Part shown: in pieces, positions 43,231-58,211 of the stretch | Layout: every line of letters starts with the position of its first letter | Numbering within the stretch: position 1 is the first letter of the stretch | Assembly: GCA_964016885.1 (NCBI GenBank) | Contig: OZ024761.1 | Location: 28,334,001 to 28,398,000, forward strand | Direction of reading: 5' to 3' | Source: Eledone cirrhosa | Taxonomy: Eukaryota | Length of the DNA: 64,000 nucleotides | Position numbers and translations under genes: made by a program | The notes under the pieces: model-generated | Database searches by the model: none | What the model was told of the DNA's origin: nothing | The model's input: only the letters and a program-made list of their open reading frames with translations

Positions 43231-43607
43231 TACATACATATATAAATATGTGCAGGTGTCAGTCCTATATGAGTGAGACACAGTCACCCGACCCAACGTG
43301 CTTTAAATGGGACGAACCCGTCTCATCCATGCTAGCGTGGACGATAGACATTAGACGATGATGATGATGATGATGATTATATATATATATATGTGTGTAT
43401 ATCATCATCATTATCATTTCTATTTAACGTCAATTTTTCCACGCTTGCATGGGCTAGAAGGGTTGTCCACACTGGAAGGCAAGTCTGGCCAGGGTTGGCC
43501 ATGTATTGCACCTTGCTCCGGTGAGGACTGTAAATTTGAGCAGGTATTTTACAGCTGGATGCCCTTCCTTACACCAACGACATTTACATATATATAAATA
43601 TATATAT

Positions 43608-43797
43608 ATAGGAAAAGGTATGACCCCGACGGCAGAGCTCAAGCCGTTTCGACGGCTATTTCTGAAATAGCCGTCGAAATGGCTTGAGCTCTGCCGTCGG
43701 GATCATACATTTTCCTATTACCCACTCTACTACCTTAAGTATTGAGTGCTCTGGTGCGTTATGGTCCATCTGGTTCCTTACCACAATTCCTCCGTTA
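43608..43797. mobile_element. Family C palindromic element
   Basis: Centre 43663; tail on the right. Confidence 0.72.
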
Positions 43798-44055
43798 TAT
43801 ATATAATTAATTTAATTAGACAATTCTGTTGATTGGTTAATTATTTGTGTTTGTTTAATAACATCTGGTTAAGAGCTTTATTCTGAATGTTAGCGGAAAT
43901 TATAATATTTCCTTTGTCTAACACTTTGAATCTACCCGCCAAAAACCGGGGGTTGTTTCCCTTGTTGGAAATAACACGTGACAACTAAATGATCGATTCG
44001 CTTGCTGCTAGCAGCACCATTTAGTGTTCGCCCTGTTCTTTGGTAGAACGAAATT

Positions 44056-44165
44056 CCTGTTGATGAAATGAGTCCACTGTTCGATCATGAATACCAGGAG
44101 CTTGCCTGTTATGTAAGTCTGATATTTGATTTCGGATTCAGAGAAACACTTTAAACGTATAACGT
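44056..44165 (+). ncRNA. Degenerate long-stem-II hammerhead
   Basis: TTGATGA-AA-TGAGTCC...GGATTCA-GA-GAAAC...GTA; downstream tail hairpin at 44288-44315. Confidence 0.45.
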
Positions 44166-45497
44166 TTGATTTGTCCAGGTGTATTTTTTCAACCTGTTAG
44201 TTTTTTCGTTACTTTGTGTTACGTATTGTGTGTTAGGTTTTGCCTACCACAATATTCAATTTGTCAAGCTATTTAAACGTATGTTATTACTCTAAGGACC
44301 TACCCTGATTGAGTGCTTTGCTAACTCATTCATATTGTAGGTCGAATTTGCTTGCTCACAGCCAAAGATTCGATTTAACTAAGCCTCCACTTATATATAT
44401 ATATGTATATATATATATATGTGTGTGTGTGTGTACTTAATGTGGTTCAGTTCCTGTCTACCCAATTTTATCTTCAAGACATGTGTCTAATGCTTAAAGA
44501 AACTTGTATTATTTTCTCTGTATTGTCCTGTTTACTTTCCTTTCTCTATAAACCCTTGCATTTTAGGGTCTTTATTTCCTTGCTTGTGGTGAGTAAACTG
44601 AAAACACAATTAACAGTGGCACTGATTCTGAAGAAACATCTTGGTTTGACCCTTGCACAGGATGTAGCTCACCAAACCAACACAGACCGCAAAAACTGAG
44701 AACAGATATTCATACACCTGTGCTGATAGAGTTTGGATGAGGGCGGGAAAGGCAGTGAACCATAGATGTTTAAAACCCAGCATAAAGTACCTACAGTCAT
44801 GGATGACTTAACTATTTTTCACAAGTCCTTAGATCCTATACTAGCATCAAAAGAATAAATATAATTTTGTTGTTGTTGTTTTGTTACTTTTTTTACCCTT
44901 AAAGCTTTATTAAAAGACTATAAATATAAGTTGTTGCATGTATGAAGATCTTAATATTGGATTCACGAATGACTGGGCAACTGCTATGAAACATTATGTG
45001 CTTTGTGGAGTAAAGATTTTGTGATAAACTGATGTAAATCAATAAATATCGAACTGAATGAACTTCTACTGGTATTTGTTGTTATTGCAACAATTCATAC
45101 TAGCAATACTAATCATGCTTAATGGTAGGTAGACAACAAAGTTTCTAAATGTTAAGGATTATGACATCCAACATATTTTTACTAGCAATATGATATTTAG
45201 AAGGGTTTGGTAAGTTGAAGAGTACCTAAAACATCACTTTTATGGGCCTTAAAAGTGATATATGGTTTATGTAGTTCTGACATCTCAACTCTGTTATATA
45301 TATATATATATGTGTGTATGTGTGTGAGTATATATATGATATATATATATATGTATGTTTATATGATATATATGATGATGATGATATGATATATATATAC
45401 AGATATACATATATATATATATGTATGTTTATATGATATATATGATGATGATGATATGATATATATATATACACAGATATACATATATATATATATG

Positions 45498-45687
45498 CAG
45501 GAGGTGAGCTTTATTGTAGAACAATAAAACTATGCATATATCAGATAAGTAGCACTCAACAGTTGATAGAACTAGAGTATATATAAGAAGAAATTAAAAG
45601 ATGGTTAAAAAAGTTCCATATATTGTATTATGCGTATAATAAAATATATGGAACTTTTTTAACCATCTTTTAATTTCTTCTTATATA
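45498..45687. mobile_element. Family A-related palindromic element
   Basis: Arms 45579-45630 and 45637-45687 around TGCGTA; tail on the left; homolog at 61838-62230. Confidence 0.75.
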
Positions 45688-45748
45688 TATATATATACAC
45701 ACATATATATATATACACATATACATACATGTATATATATATATATAT

Positions 45749-45797
<49 letters not shown>

Positions 45798-45822
45798 CAT
45801 ACATGTATATATATATATATAT

Positions 45823-45863
<41 letters not shown>

Positions 45864-45884
45864 CATACATGTATATATATATAT

Positions 45885-45936
<52 letters not shown>

Positions 45937-45973
45937 ATATATATATACATACATGCATATATATACATACATG

Positions 45974-46006
<33 letters not shown>

Positions 46007-46010
46007 ATAT

Positions 46011-46041
<31 letters not shown>

Positions 46042-46091
46042 CATATATATATACACATATACACATGTACATACATGTATATATACATACA

Positions 46092-46122
<31 letters not shown>

Positions 46123-46953
46123 GAAAAAATGGGGAGAAGAATACTGCAGGTTGCACATGGATAACATGTTATAAAATGAGTCCCTCATCAGTGATTTGCC
46201 AACGATCATAGATATTTCATTGCATTAAAAACCATCGTTTGAAAACGACTTTTTCTTTTTTTAAATGCATGTAATGTTACCTTTTTACACCACCGTTTGC
46301 AAATTTTTGTTTTATATGTTTATACACACGATATGGCTTTCTATAATAATAGTACTAAACACTGTTTTTTGGACCCCTTTAGAAATAATCTGCTACTATA
46401 ATAGTCCCAATAACTTGTCTGTAATTCTGTACTACTTTGACCCCTTTAACTAAATTTTGTCCAAACAACACCACTAGAAGAATTTACTTCCCCCGCCAAC
46501 CCTAACACGCCCCATTAAGCTAACTGCTGCCAAAACATTTTCTCCTTACAGTCTCTACTACTCTGACAGTCTTAAATCCTAAGACTCCCTCTCCCTTACT
46601 CGCTTCTCTCTTCCTCTTCCCTCCTTCTTTCTCTTATATCTAGTGTATAAAATATTTTCATATCATTCTACCACAAAGGTCTGACGACATGGTGTGTTTT
46701 CTTACAGTGTACATACGATTTATGATAATATTTTTATATTATACAAATAGCGAGGTATAGGTAACCCATACACTATAGAAACAATTGTTACCTAATAAAT
46801 TCTTTATACCCGCATTTCCGTTTCATAAACTTCTTCTTCATATTTTCTCCGGATTTTCAAACACTTTATTATACGTTGAGCAATCTCCGACGTCGGTTGA
46901 CTCCATCCAATGCGACTACTTAGTAACATTGGAATACAGATTTATTAATTCTA

Positions 46954-46987
<34 letters not shown>

Positions 46988-46993
<6 letters not shown>

Positions 46994-47246
46994 TAAAAGG
47001 AATTCTAACTTTGTCTAATTTACTCGTTTTATTTACAATCCTTTAACATTTATGATGGTTTAGAATGAAATAGTATGGTAGAATATTAAATGTTAAGTGT
47101 TAATTGAACAAGTACTTTCATTTAATATTCTACACTTAACATTTAATATTCTACCATACTATTTCATTCTAATACCATTATAAATTTTAAAGGATTGTAA
47201 ATAAAACGAGTAAATCAGACAAAGTTGGAATTCCTTTTATTAATAT
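46988..47246. repeat. Inverted repeat with about 113-bp arms
   Basis: 46988-47100 mirrors 47131-47246. Confidence 0.8.
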
Positions 47247-47341
47247 AATCTTCTATACACAATCATACACACCCATGTATATTTATCTATATATAAATAT
47301 ATATATATATATATAAACATATATATATATATATATATATA

Positions 47342-47580
47342 GTATTAAGGATACTATTTATGGTTATGTATATACTAAAACTTTTTATAGTTCTATATAT
47401 TTTAAACCCTAAACAGTGGAAGTCAGTAATTTCTTACTACCTTATTACCAGTAAGATAAATAGCTCAATGTAATAACATCAGTTGTTCTACAGAGCAGTC
47501 TCCAAAGACTCCAAGCCTCGGTTTGGATGAAACAATTGTAAGCGAATAAATGCTTTGAACATAGCTTTGATTTCTGTGAA

Positions 47581-47586
<6 letters not shown>
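47342..47586. mobile_element. Inverted tail plus HHR body, same family as 18769-19850
   Basis: 47342-47499 is the reverse complement of 19693-19850; 47500-47586 matches 19603-19690. Confidence 0.78.
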
Positions 47587-47611
<25 letters not shown>

Positions 47612-47843
47612 CATATATATATATGTTTATATATATATATATATATTAGTGGCAATCTCCTTAGCTTCTAAATTAAGAGACTCTAGTGTATTGTTATTGT
47701 TTTTGTAAATATAGATAATATTTTGGAGTGTCTGCCACTCTTTTACAAATGATCTTTTCCTTTTATCTCAATATTACAAAGATATACAATTCTCATTTTG
47801 TTTTAATACACACACACACAGATATACACACACACACATACAG

Positions 47844-47900
<57 letters not shown>

Positions 47901-47975
47901 CATATATATATATTTATATATATTATATATATATATACACACACATATATATACACATACATACATATATACATT

Positions 47976-48006
<31 letters not shown>

Positions 48007-48019
48007 GTCTGTGTGTGTA

Positions 48020-48051
<32 letters not shown>

Positions 48052-48451
48052 AATATATATATACATATATACATACATATATATATACATACATCCCTAT
48101 ATACATACATACATATATACATATATACATACATACATACATATATATATACACACACACATATACATATATGGGGTTTGTTAAATGAAACCATAGTTGT
48201 CGTTTCCAACAATGATTATTCCAATTATTCAATAAATTCTATTACCTAATCAACAAGAACCTATATCATACATGGCTGAGTATTCCACAGACACTGCCCC
48301 CGTTAATATAATACAGCCTAACCTTGTGGGATGTAATAAAGGTGGGTTCAAAAGATTAAAGGTGCTGTTTATTCAATTAGTGGTTACAGTTATATTTTTT
48401 CATGCCAAAAAAATTGTGAATGACTCTTTGATTATATTATTTTTATGTAAC

Positions 48452-48848
48452 GGGCGGTGGATTGGCAGTATCGGTAGAGGGTCGGACACCATGCTTTGAC
48501 GTATATAGTTATGGCCCTTGCCATTCTGAGTTCAAATCCCGCCGAGGTTAACTTTGCCTTTCATTCTTACAGGGTCGATAAAATAAAGTACCAGTAATGT
48601 ACTGGGTAATTGCTGGCCTTGTGCCAAAAGTAGAAACAATTATTTTTATGTAAAGAGCGGTGGATTGGCAGTATCGGTAGAGGGTCGGACGCCATGCTTT
48701 CCAGCATAGTTACCTCCCTTTACGATCTGAGTTCAAATCCCGCCGAGGTTGACTTTGCCTTTCATCCTTACGGGGTCGATAAAATAAAGTACCAGTAATG
48801 CACTGGGATAATTGCTGGCCTTGTGCCTAAATTAGAAACAATTATTTT
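48452..48848 (+). mobile_element. Tandem pair of SINE family 2
   Basis: 48452-48647 and 48656-48848. Confidence 0.85.
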
Positions 48849-49371
48849 TATGTATTTGGTCTACAAGATTCTTGATCTGAAATTGTGTGTTGAAACATAT
48901 TGTTACATTTGGTGGTGGTCATCTTGCAAAGCCAATGGTCATTTGTGACCGAAGGAGAGCTCAACCACTAATATGACGATGCTTAGCAGTTAGGGTATGC
49001 TAGGTGGCAAATATTAGCAAGGATTTGTTTATGCTATTACTTCACTTTGATCAGAGATGTTAAAAGCTAAGTTTGTCAACTTACTAAACATCAAGTTGAA
49101 ATTCGTGAGTGTATGCCCGTGGAACATATACATATACACCAAGTTCAAACTCAAAAGAACCAAACTCCCACTATCACTGCCTCCATCTCTCCCGCTCTCC
49201 CCATCTCTCACTGCAAAGTGGGGCCCAAATGCTGGCTGGCCTGTAGCCCTAACAGACTGGCTGCTTGGTGGACAGAATAGAGAAGATGTTTCCACAGAGA
49301 ATAGTGAAGGAGAGATAGTGATTGAAAAAGTTTTGATTAAATGAAGTCATTAATACAATTTGTATAAAAAA

Positions 49372-49561
49372 ATAATTGTTTCTACTTTAGGCACAAGGCC
49401 AGCAATTCACCAGTGCATTACTGGTACTTTATTTTATCGATCCCGTAAGGATGAAAGGCAAAGTCAACCTCGGCGGGATTTGAACTCAGATCGTAAAGGG
49501 ACGTAACTATGCTGGAAAGCATGGCATCCGATCCTCTACCGATACTGCCAATCTACCGCCC
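49372..49561 (-). mobile_element. SINE family 2
   Basis: Full reverse copy. Confidence 0.85.
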
Positions 49562-49659
49562 TATAAAAACATAATATCATGTTGTTATATTTGGGAATGG
49601 TCATGTGGCCTGTATTGCCAATAACAAAGAAACACATGTACTATATGACTTTCATTTTA

Positions 49660-49862
49660 TTGTTGTTATTTAGCCTCTAAGCTCAAACTGAGCTGAGAAA
49701 TATCAGGAGGTGTTCTATCTCTAACCCTCCCGACCTTCTTCTGGGAAATTTAGAAATAAATATCCTAGTAGAAGGTCAGGAGAGTTATAGATAGAACACC
49801 TCCGGTCATTTATCAGCTCAGTTTGAGCGGAGCTCAGCTGAGCTGAGATCAAATAACAACAA
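49660..49862. mobile_element. Imperfect palindromic (fold-back/MITE-like) element
   Basis: TTGTTGTTATTT..GCTCAAACTGAGCTGA..GGAGGTGTTCTATCT is mirrored on the right. Confidence 0.65.
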
Positions 49863-50126
49863 GCAAATCACAACTCAGTCACAAATCTCATCAACCTCCT
49901 ACTATCTACCTCAAACTACTACTACTTTCAATGTGACTCAACCACTCCAGATGAACATCCCACAAAACTCACCCCTACTCCCATTCCTTCCACTCCTTCT
50001 ACTGTTGTTAACCAATTCTCATTTACTCATTATTCCCCTCTCTCTCTCTCTCTTTCCTGTCACAGTCTGATAGTCTTTATCTGTCTGTCTGTCTGTCTGT
50101 CTGTCTGCTTCCCTAGCTCACTCTAC

Positions 50127-50166
<40 letters not shown>

Positions 50167-50594
50167 TTCATTCTCACCTCTATTTCTTTCTCTCTCACCC
50201 CTCTTTTTTTCTCTCTTTCTCTTCCTCTCTCTTTCTCTTCCTCTCTCTTTCCTGTCTCTGTCTTCATCTATCTGTCAGCTTCACTAGCTCTCTCTCTCTC
50301 TCCCTCTTCTCACATATACCCACCACCACCCTTCAATTGTTGTGGGGCAGTGGTGAGGTGTAGGTTAAATGGACAGCAGGTGGGGGACCACTTGTAGAGG
50401 ACAACTTATTTCCGGCCTCACATGATCGAGTACCTGTCACAAGAGAGTAAATGTGGATACACACACACACACACACACACGTGTGTGTGTGTGTGTTTGT
50501 CATCATCATCATCATCGTTTAATGTCTATCTTCCATGCTAGCCTATATGAAACATGTCTGTTGTCTCTCTCTCTCTCTATATATATATATATAA

Positions 50595-50654
<60 letters not shown>

Positions 50655-50719
50655 ATGTATATATATATATAAATATATATATATATACACATATGTATAT
50701 ATATGTATATATATACATA

Positions 50720-50755
<36 letters not shown>

Positions 50756-50795
50756 AATATATATATACACATATGTATATATATATACATATAGA

Positions 50796-50897
<102 letters not shown>

Positions 50898-51509
50898 ACA
50901 GACATGTTACCATTTACTCATGCTCATATATATACATATTCACATACACGATATGCATGTGCTTACACACACATCCATACATAGACATGCACACACACAC
51001 ACACACACACACACATACATATGTACATTGATACATAAATATTGACATATAGTAAAGTAAATAGATTGTCAGGTTGTTTCAACAATAAGTGATTCATTTG
51101 ATCTATGAGCCTCTCATTGTTTTATCAAGTAAGTGGCTGAGTATTCCACAGATACTTGCACTATTAAATGTAGTATGTTAGGTAGAATCAGAGTGACACG
51201 GTGTCTGACAAGGCTGGACACCTGAATTGAAGGGCTGACCATCCAACCAGCTTCTACACAGTTTCACCTGCATACACACACACAAACACTCACATATATA
51301 TGCACAACGTACATACACAAATCTATATACACACACACATATATATATATATATTTATATATATATATATTTATATATATATATATATATATACTACTTT
51401 TATTATTAAAAAACATGTGGGTGAAAACATGGAAGACACAAACAAAAGGACAATTTCACTGTCTTCTGTGGAACATCATAGTTTCAAATGCATTCAAAAC
51501 AAATAGTCC

Positions 51510-51905
51510 TGAGCTAGAAGTGCAGAGTCAAAGTTGAGTTAAAAGTGGAGAGTCAAAGTTGAGCTGAAAGTGGAGAGTCAAAATTGAGCTGGTAGTGGAG
51601 AGTCAAAGTTGAGTTGGAAGTGTGGGGACAAAGTTGAGTGAGGAGTGCAGAGTTAAAGTTGAGCTAGAAGTGGAAAGTCAAAGTTGAGCTAGAAGTGGAG
51701 TCTCAAAGTTGAGCTAGATGTGGCGAGTCAAAGTTGAGCTAGGAGCAGAGTGTCAAAGTTGAGTTAGATGTGGGGAGTCAAAGTTGAGTTAGAAGTGGAG
51801 AGTCAAAGTTGAGCTAGAAGTGGAGAGTCAAAGTTGAGCTAGAAGTGGAGAGTCAAAGTTGAGCTAGAAGTGTAGGGGCAATGTTGAACTAGTAGTATGG
51901 GGCAA
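51510..51905. repeat. 25-bp minisatellite
   Basis: TGAGCTAGAAGTGGAGAGTCAAAGT repeated about 16 times. Confidence 0.95.
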
Positions 51906-52437
51906 ATTTGGAACCAATGCTGAGACACATAATCTCACATTGTAATGACTACGCTAATGAAATCTAACAAGACGGAAACAAGTACACAGTGCCAACGATC
52001 AAACTCACCCATTCACTGCCTTTTAATATTCAGTTCAGTTAATTAAAATTCCAGAGTTGTCACCCCTGCCTCACTTGAGTAGAATTAATCATTGAGATAA
52101 TGTTTATCTAATCAATGCAGGTGTAATTAGTAGAATAACTTAAAATTTCTTGGCTCACACTAATAAACAGATTAGTGACCATCTCACTATATATTCTCTG
52201 TGGAATGGTTATTTTCTTCTGGTGAGTGGAAGAGGAAGAAAGGTGGGAGGGGGGTCAGTTTCACCTGCACCACCACCAGATCTACCTACCGGTGTTTATT
52301 TATTTATTTATCTTAAAGTAAGATTAACACATATGTCAAAAGCTGTTAGACTAATTACCTCTTTCTCCTCGCTCTCATGCTTACTTTTATTCCACTCACA
52401 TTCTCTCCTAGATGATGTACACACATGTGAGCGTATT

Positions 52438-52482
<45 letters not shown>

Positions 52483-52687
52483 TAAGAGAGAAAGAGATAG
52501 AAATAAAGAAGGAAGGAGAATGAGAGAGAGACAATGATTGAAAAAAAAGTTTCTTCAGTCTTTTTAGACAGCTGAATGTATCAGGAGATGATTGGATTAA
52601 CTTTATACACACAAGTGTATGTGTGTGTGTGTATATATATATACTTATATATATATATGTGTCTATATATATATATACTTATATATA

Positions 52688-52949
52688 TACTCCAGTTCTA
52701 TCAACTGTTGAGTGCTACTTATCTGTATATGCATAGTTTTATTGTTCTACAATAAAACTCATCTCCCACATATACTTATATATATATATTTATTTATTTA
52801 TATGATTTCCTCCGAACCATCCTGATGTTTTCCTCCGAATGAAACAGTTCTAGTCCTGTAGAAGCCATTTCTATATTAAATATTTATACTCTGTTATGTA
52901 TTGTGTACCTTATTTACTGTGGTTACCCTCGATTGAACCTGGGATAAAC
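52688..52949 (+). mobile_element. Solo family A-type tail (52688-52770) and family B copy (52803-52949)
   Basis: Match the reverse complement of 45498-45580 and 18620-18748, respectively. Confidence 0.7.
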
Positions 52950-53038
52950 ATATCTATATATATAGAGAGAGAGAGAGATACGAGATACAAAATGATATAA
53001 TTTGTTGTTATTAATACATCGTTGAGCTTGTATCAAAG

Positions 53039-54170
53039 AATCATAAGGCGACAGAGTCATAAGGCGCCAGAAATCATAAGGGAACAGAAATCATAAGGCG
53101 ACAGAGTCATAAGGCGACAGAGTCATAAGGCGACAGAAATCATAAGGCGACAGAGTCAAAAGGCGACAGAGTCATAAGGGAACAGAAATCATAAGGCGAC
53201 AGAGTCATAAGTGGACAGAAATCATAAGAGAACATAAATCATAAGGCGACAGAGTCATAAGGCGACAGAGTCATAAGGCAGCAGAGTCATAAGGCAGCAG
53301 AGTCATAAGGCAACAGAAATCATAAGAGAACAGAAATCATAAGGGGACAGAAATCATAAGAGAACAGAAATCATAAGAGAACAGAAATCATAAGAGAACA
53401 GAAATCATAAGAGAACAGAAATCATAAGAGAACAGAAATCATAAGAGAACAGAAATCATAAGGCGACAGAGTCATAGGGCAACAGAAATCATAAGAGAAC
53501 AGAGATCATAAGAGAACAGAAATCATAAGAGAACAGAAATCATAAGAGAACAGAAATCATAAGAGAACAGAAATCATAAGAGAACAGAAATCATAAGAGA
53601 ACAGAAATTATAAGAGAACAGAAATCATAAGAGAACAGAAATCATAAGAGAACAGAAATCATAAGGCGATAGAGTCATAGGGCAACAGAAATCATAAGAG
53701 AACAGAAATCATAAGAGAACAGAAATCATAGGAGAACAGAAATCATAAGGCAACAGAGTCATAAGGCAACAGAGTCATAAGGCGACAGAGTCATAAGGCA
53801 ACAGAGACATAAGGCAACAGAGTCATAAGGCAACATAGACATAAGGCAACAGAGTCATAAGGCGACATAGTCACAAGGCAACAGAGTCATAAGGCGACAG
53901 AGTCATAAGGCGGCAGAGTCATAAGACAACAGAGACATAAGGCAACAGAAATCATAAGAGAACAAAAATCATAAGGCGACAGAATCATAAGGCGACAGAG
54001 TCATAAGGGGACAGAAATCATAAGAGAACAGAAATCATAAGGGGACAGAAATCATAAGAGAACAGAAATCATAAGGGGACAGAAATCATAAGGGGACAGA
54101 GTCATAAGACAACAGAATCATAATGTGTCAGAATCCTAAGGTGTCAGAATCGTAAGGGGCAGAAATCATA
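53039..54170. repeat. 17-bp minisatellite
   Basis: ARTCATAAGRSRACAGA repeated about 65 times. Confidence 0.95.
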
Positions 54171-54242
54171 TAAAAGCACAATTATAAGGCACACATATTA
54201 TGGGACACATATTGCATTTTTATAACAAATGGATTTCACCAC

Positions 54243-54282
54243 CTGATGATTGCTTAGTTAAAACTGAACATGAAACCTGGAG
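54243..54282 (+). ncRNA. Degenerate hammerhead core
   Basis: CTGATGA-TTGCTTAGTT-AA-AACTGAACAT-GAAA-CCTGG; the UH site is lost. Confidence 0.45.
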
Positions 54283-54320
54283 TTATGATGTATAATTAAT
54301 TAAGACAATATTGCTTCATG

Positions 54321-54373
<53 letters not shown>

Positions 54374-54569
54374 ATATATATATATATATACACACACACA
54401 TATATAAATACACACATATATATATATACACACACACATACATAAATACATATATTTATATATATATATATATACACATGTACACATCTCTCTCTCTCTC
54501 TGTCTATATATATATATACACATTTGGATAAACACACGGGCACAGACTATCATACCTACATTTAGACAC

Positions 54570-54625
<56 letters not shown>

Positions 54626-54739
54626 GCATATATTTATATATATATACATATATTTATATATACCCATATATGCATACACAAACATACACATATATAAACT
54701 CATATATATGCAGTATACATGCATGTGTCTCTGCATGCA

Positions 54740-54823
<84 letters not shown>

Positions 54824-54996
54824 TATATATATATGAATGTGTTTAGTCCAGTGGTTATCTTTAAAGTAAATATAGCACGACTAATAAGGCAAATTAGCTG
54901 CTGATTAGATTAGCAGTAACTGTTATATTCAATTAGTAAGTGAGTAGCATACACAGAAAGGTAAGGTACATTATTATTATTGGGATATATATATAC

Positions 54997-55063
<67 letters not shown>

Positions 55064-55133
55064 ATAAAACATGCCTATAGAATCACCATATATATATATA
55101 TATGTACATATATATATATATATATACACACAT

Positions 55134-55164
<31 letters not shown>

Positions 55165-55165
55165 C

Positions 55166-55206
<41 letters not shown>

Positions 55207-55303
55207 TATATATATATACACACATATATATACACATATATATATACACATATATATATATAAATATACACACATATACATATATATATATATATATATA
55301 CAC

Positions 55304-55334
<31 letters not shown>

Positions 55335-55397
55335 AGAAACACATTATCAATAGCATATATAATATATATATAGGTAAGTAACGCACATTATTATTTG

Positions 55398-55444
<47 letters not shown>

Positions 55445-55589
55445 GCAGGTAAGAAACTCACCTTATTATTACCATATATATACACACACAGACACACACA
55501 TAAGAAATATATATATATAGGTTACAGACACAAGATGGAATACACACACACACAGACACACACAGACACACACACACATATATATATAT

Positions 55590-56075
55590 GGTGGCACATG
55601 GCTTAGTGGTTAGAGCATTGGCCTTGCAATCGAAAGATTGTGAGTTCAATTCTCAGACCGGGTGATGTGTTGTTTCCTTGAGCAAGGCACTTTATTTCAC
55701 ATTGCTCCAGTTTACTCAGCTGTAGAAATGAGATGATAGGGACTGGGGTCCCTATCATTCCATTGCAAAGTGGTCGTGGAGGTGCCACAGCAAAAAAGCA
55801 CCCAGCCCACACTGTAAAGTGGACGTGTAGACGCCACGGAAAAAAAAGCACCCAGCGCACACTGTAAAGTGGACGTGGAGGTGCCACGGCAAAAAAGCAC
55901 CCAGCCCACACTGTAAAGTGGACGTGTAGGCGCCACGGAAAAAAAAGCGCCCAGCCCACACTGTAAATGAGGTTGGTGTTAGGGAGGGCATCCAGCTGTA
56001 GAAATCAAGCCAGAATCAGTTCCCGTCCCACCCTTGCAAGCAGGGAAAAGTGGAAGTAAAATGATGATGATGATG
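55590..56075 (+). mobile_element. CORE-SINE family 1 with four internal 50-bp units
   Basis: CCCAGC at 55801, 55851, 55900 and 55950. Confidence 0.88.
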
Positions 56076-56107
56076 ATATATATATAGACAGAGAGAGAAG
56101 TATAGGA

Positions 56108-56150
<43 letters not shown>

Positions 56151-56289
56151 GAGAGAGAGAGAAGTATAGGCACACACACACGTACAAACATGTGGACATA
56201 TGCTAGTCATGTGAAGATCACTCTAGTCTACATGTAGAAACCATGTGAAGGAAGGTCCACAATGTATGTATATTACAGTAAGAGAGCGG

Positions 56290-57300
56290 ACAGTACAGTA
56301 ATGACGTACATAACAACATAGTACAGTAATGATATACTGTGTAGTAATAACAACATACACACACTACACAGTAATGATAGAGTGTGTAATAACAACACAC
56401 ACATTACACAATACAGTAATGATACACTGGGTAGTAATAACACACACACTCTACATAGTAATGATAGACTGTGTAGTAATAACACACACTACACAGCACA
56501 GTAATGATACACTGGGTAGTAATAACACACACACACTACACAGTAATGATACACTGTGTAGTAATAACACACACACTGCACAGTTCAGTAATGATACGGT
56601 GTGTACTAATAACACACACTACACAGTAATGATAGACTGTGTAGTAATAACACACACACTCTACACAGTAATGATACACTGTGTAGTAATAACACACATA
56701 CACTACACAGTTCAGTAATGATACGCTGTGTAGTAATAACACACACTACACAGTAATGATACACTGTGTAGTAATAACACACACACACTACACAGTAATG
56801 ATACACTGTGTAGTAATAACACACACACACTGCACAGTAATGATACACTGTGTAGTAATAACACACACTACACAGTAATGATACACTGTGTAGTAATAAC
56901 ACACACACACTACACAGTAATGATACAGTGTGTAGTAATAACACACACACACACAGTAATGATACAGTTTGTAGTAATAACACACACACACACACTACAC
57001 ATTAATGATACAGTGTGTAGTAATAACACACACACACTAGACAGTAATGATACACTGTGTAGTAATAAAACACACACACACTACACAGTAATGATAGACT
57101 GTGTAATAATAACACACATACACTACACAGTTCAGTAATGATAGACTGTGTAGTAATAACACACATACACTACACAGTTCAGTAATGATAGACTGTGTAG
57201 TAATAACACACACTACAGACTACGCAGTCATGATAGACTGTGTAATAACAACACACACATACACTACACAGTTCACTAATGATACACTGTGTAGTAATAA
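56290..57300. repeat. About 38-45-bp minisatellite
   Basis: ACACAGTAATGATACACTGTGTAGTAATA(AC)nT. Confidence 0.93.
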
Positions 57301-57457
57301 GAAGACTGAAATGAAAAAACAATAAACACACCTCCCCCCATTCTCCACCGTACCCCCTGCAATAGATAACACATTATGGAAATATAATTAATTTTTCATT
57401 AATAACAGCCTTTCATGTGAGCGTATATATATATATATATATATAAGCACATATACA

Positions 57458-57494
<37 letters not shown>

Positions 57495-57748
57495 GTGTGT
57501 GTTTGTATATATATATATATACGTCTATGTTTTTAAGTATGTATGTGTATATATGTATGCGTGTATATATATATATGCGTGTGTATATGTATATGTTTGT
57601 TTATATATGTGTATGTATGTATGCGTGCGTATATATATATATATATATACGCACACATACATACATACGTACACATATGTGTGCGTGTGATTGTGCTTGT
57701 GTGTTTATATATATTTCTTTATATATATAAATATGTTTGTATTCTCTG

Positions 57749-57787
<39 letters not shown>

Positions 57788-58211
57788 ATGCATTTATGTC
57801 TGTGTATATATATGTGTGTGTGTGTGTGTGTTTATATATATATATAAACATATCTTAATAATGTATTATATATTTCTATTTTATTTACACTTTTAAAAAC
57901 TTAATTATGTCTCTCAGCCTTACAATCAAATGCTGCACACTCAATCCTTCCCCTCCCCCATTATATTTTGCATATATTCTCAATACACACGCATAGATTA
58001 TACGTTTAAACATACTTATACTCACACACACTTACATGCATACACACCCACACACACCCACATATATACATAAACGAATGAATAAAAAATATGGGCTAAG
58101 ACAGGTAAGTGAATGAATGCAGACTAGTTTACATTAACCACATATGTTGTTTCGGTATTTTAAGGTCGATACAACTAGTTCTAGTACACAAGGAACAGTA
58201 TATATATGTAT

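Noticed and set aside
53039-54170. CRISPR-like regular repeats (also 23960, 27949, 51510, 56290, 58360)
   Set aside because: No unique spacers, no cas genes and a eukaryotic context; these are minisatellites.
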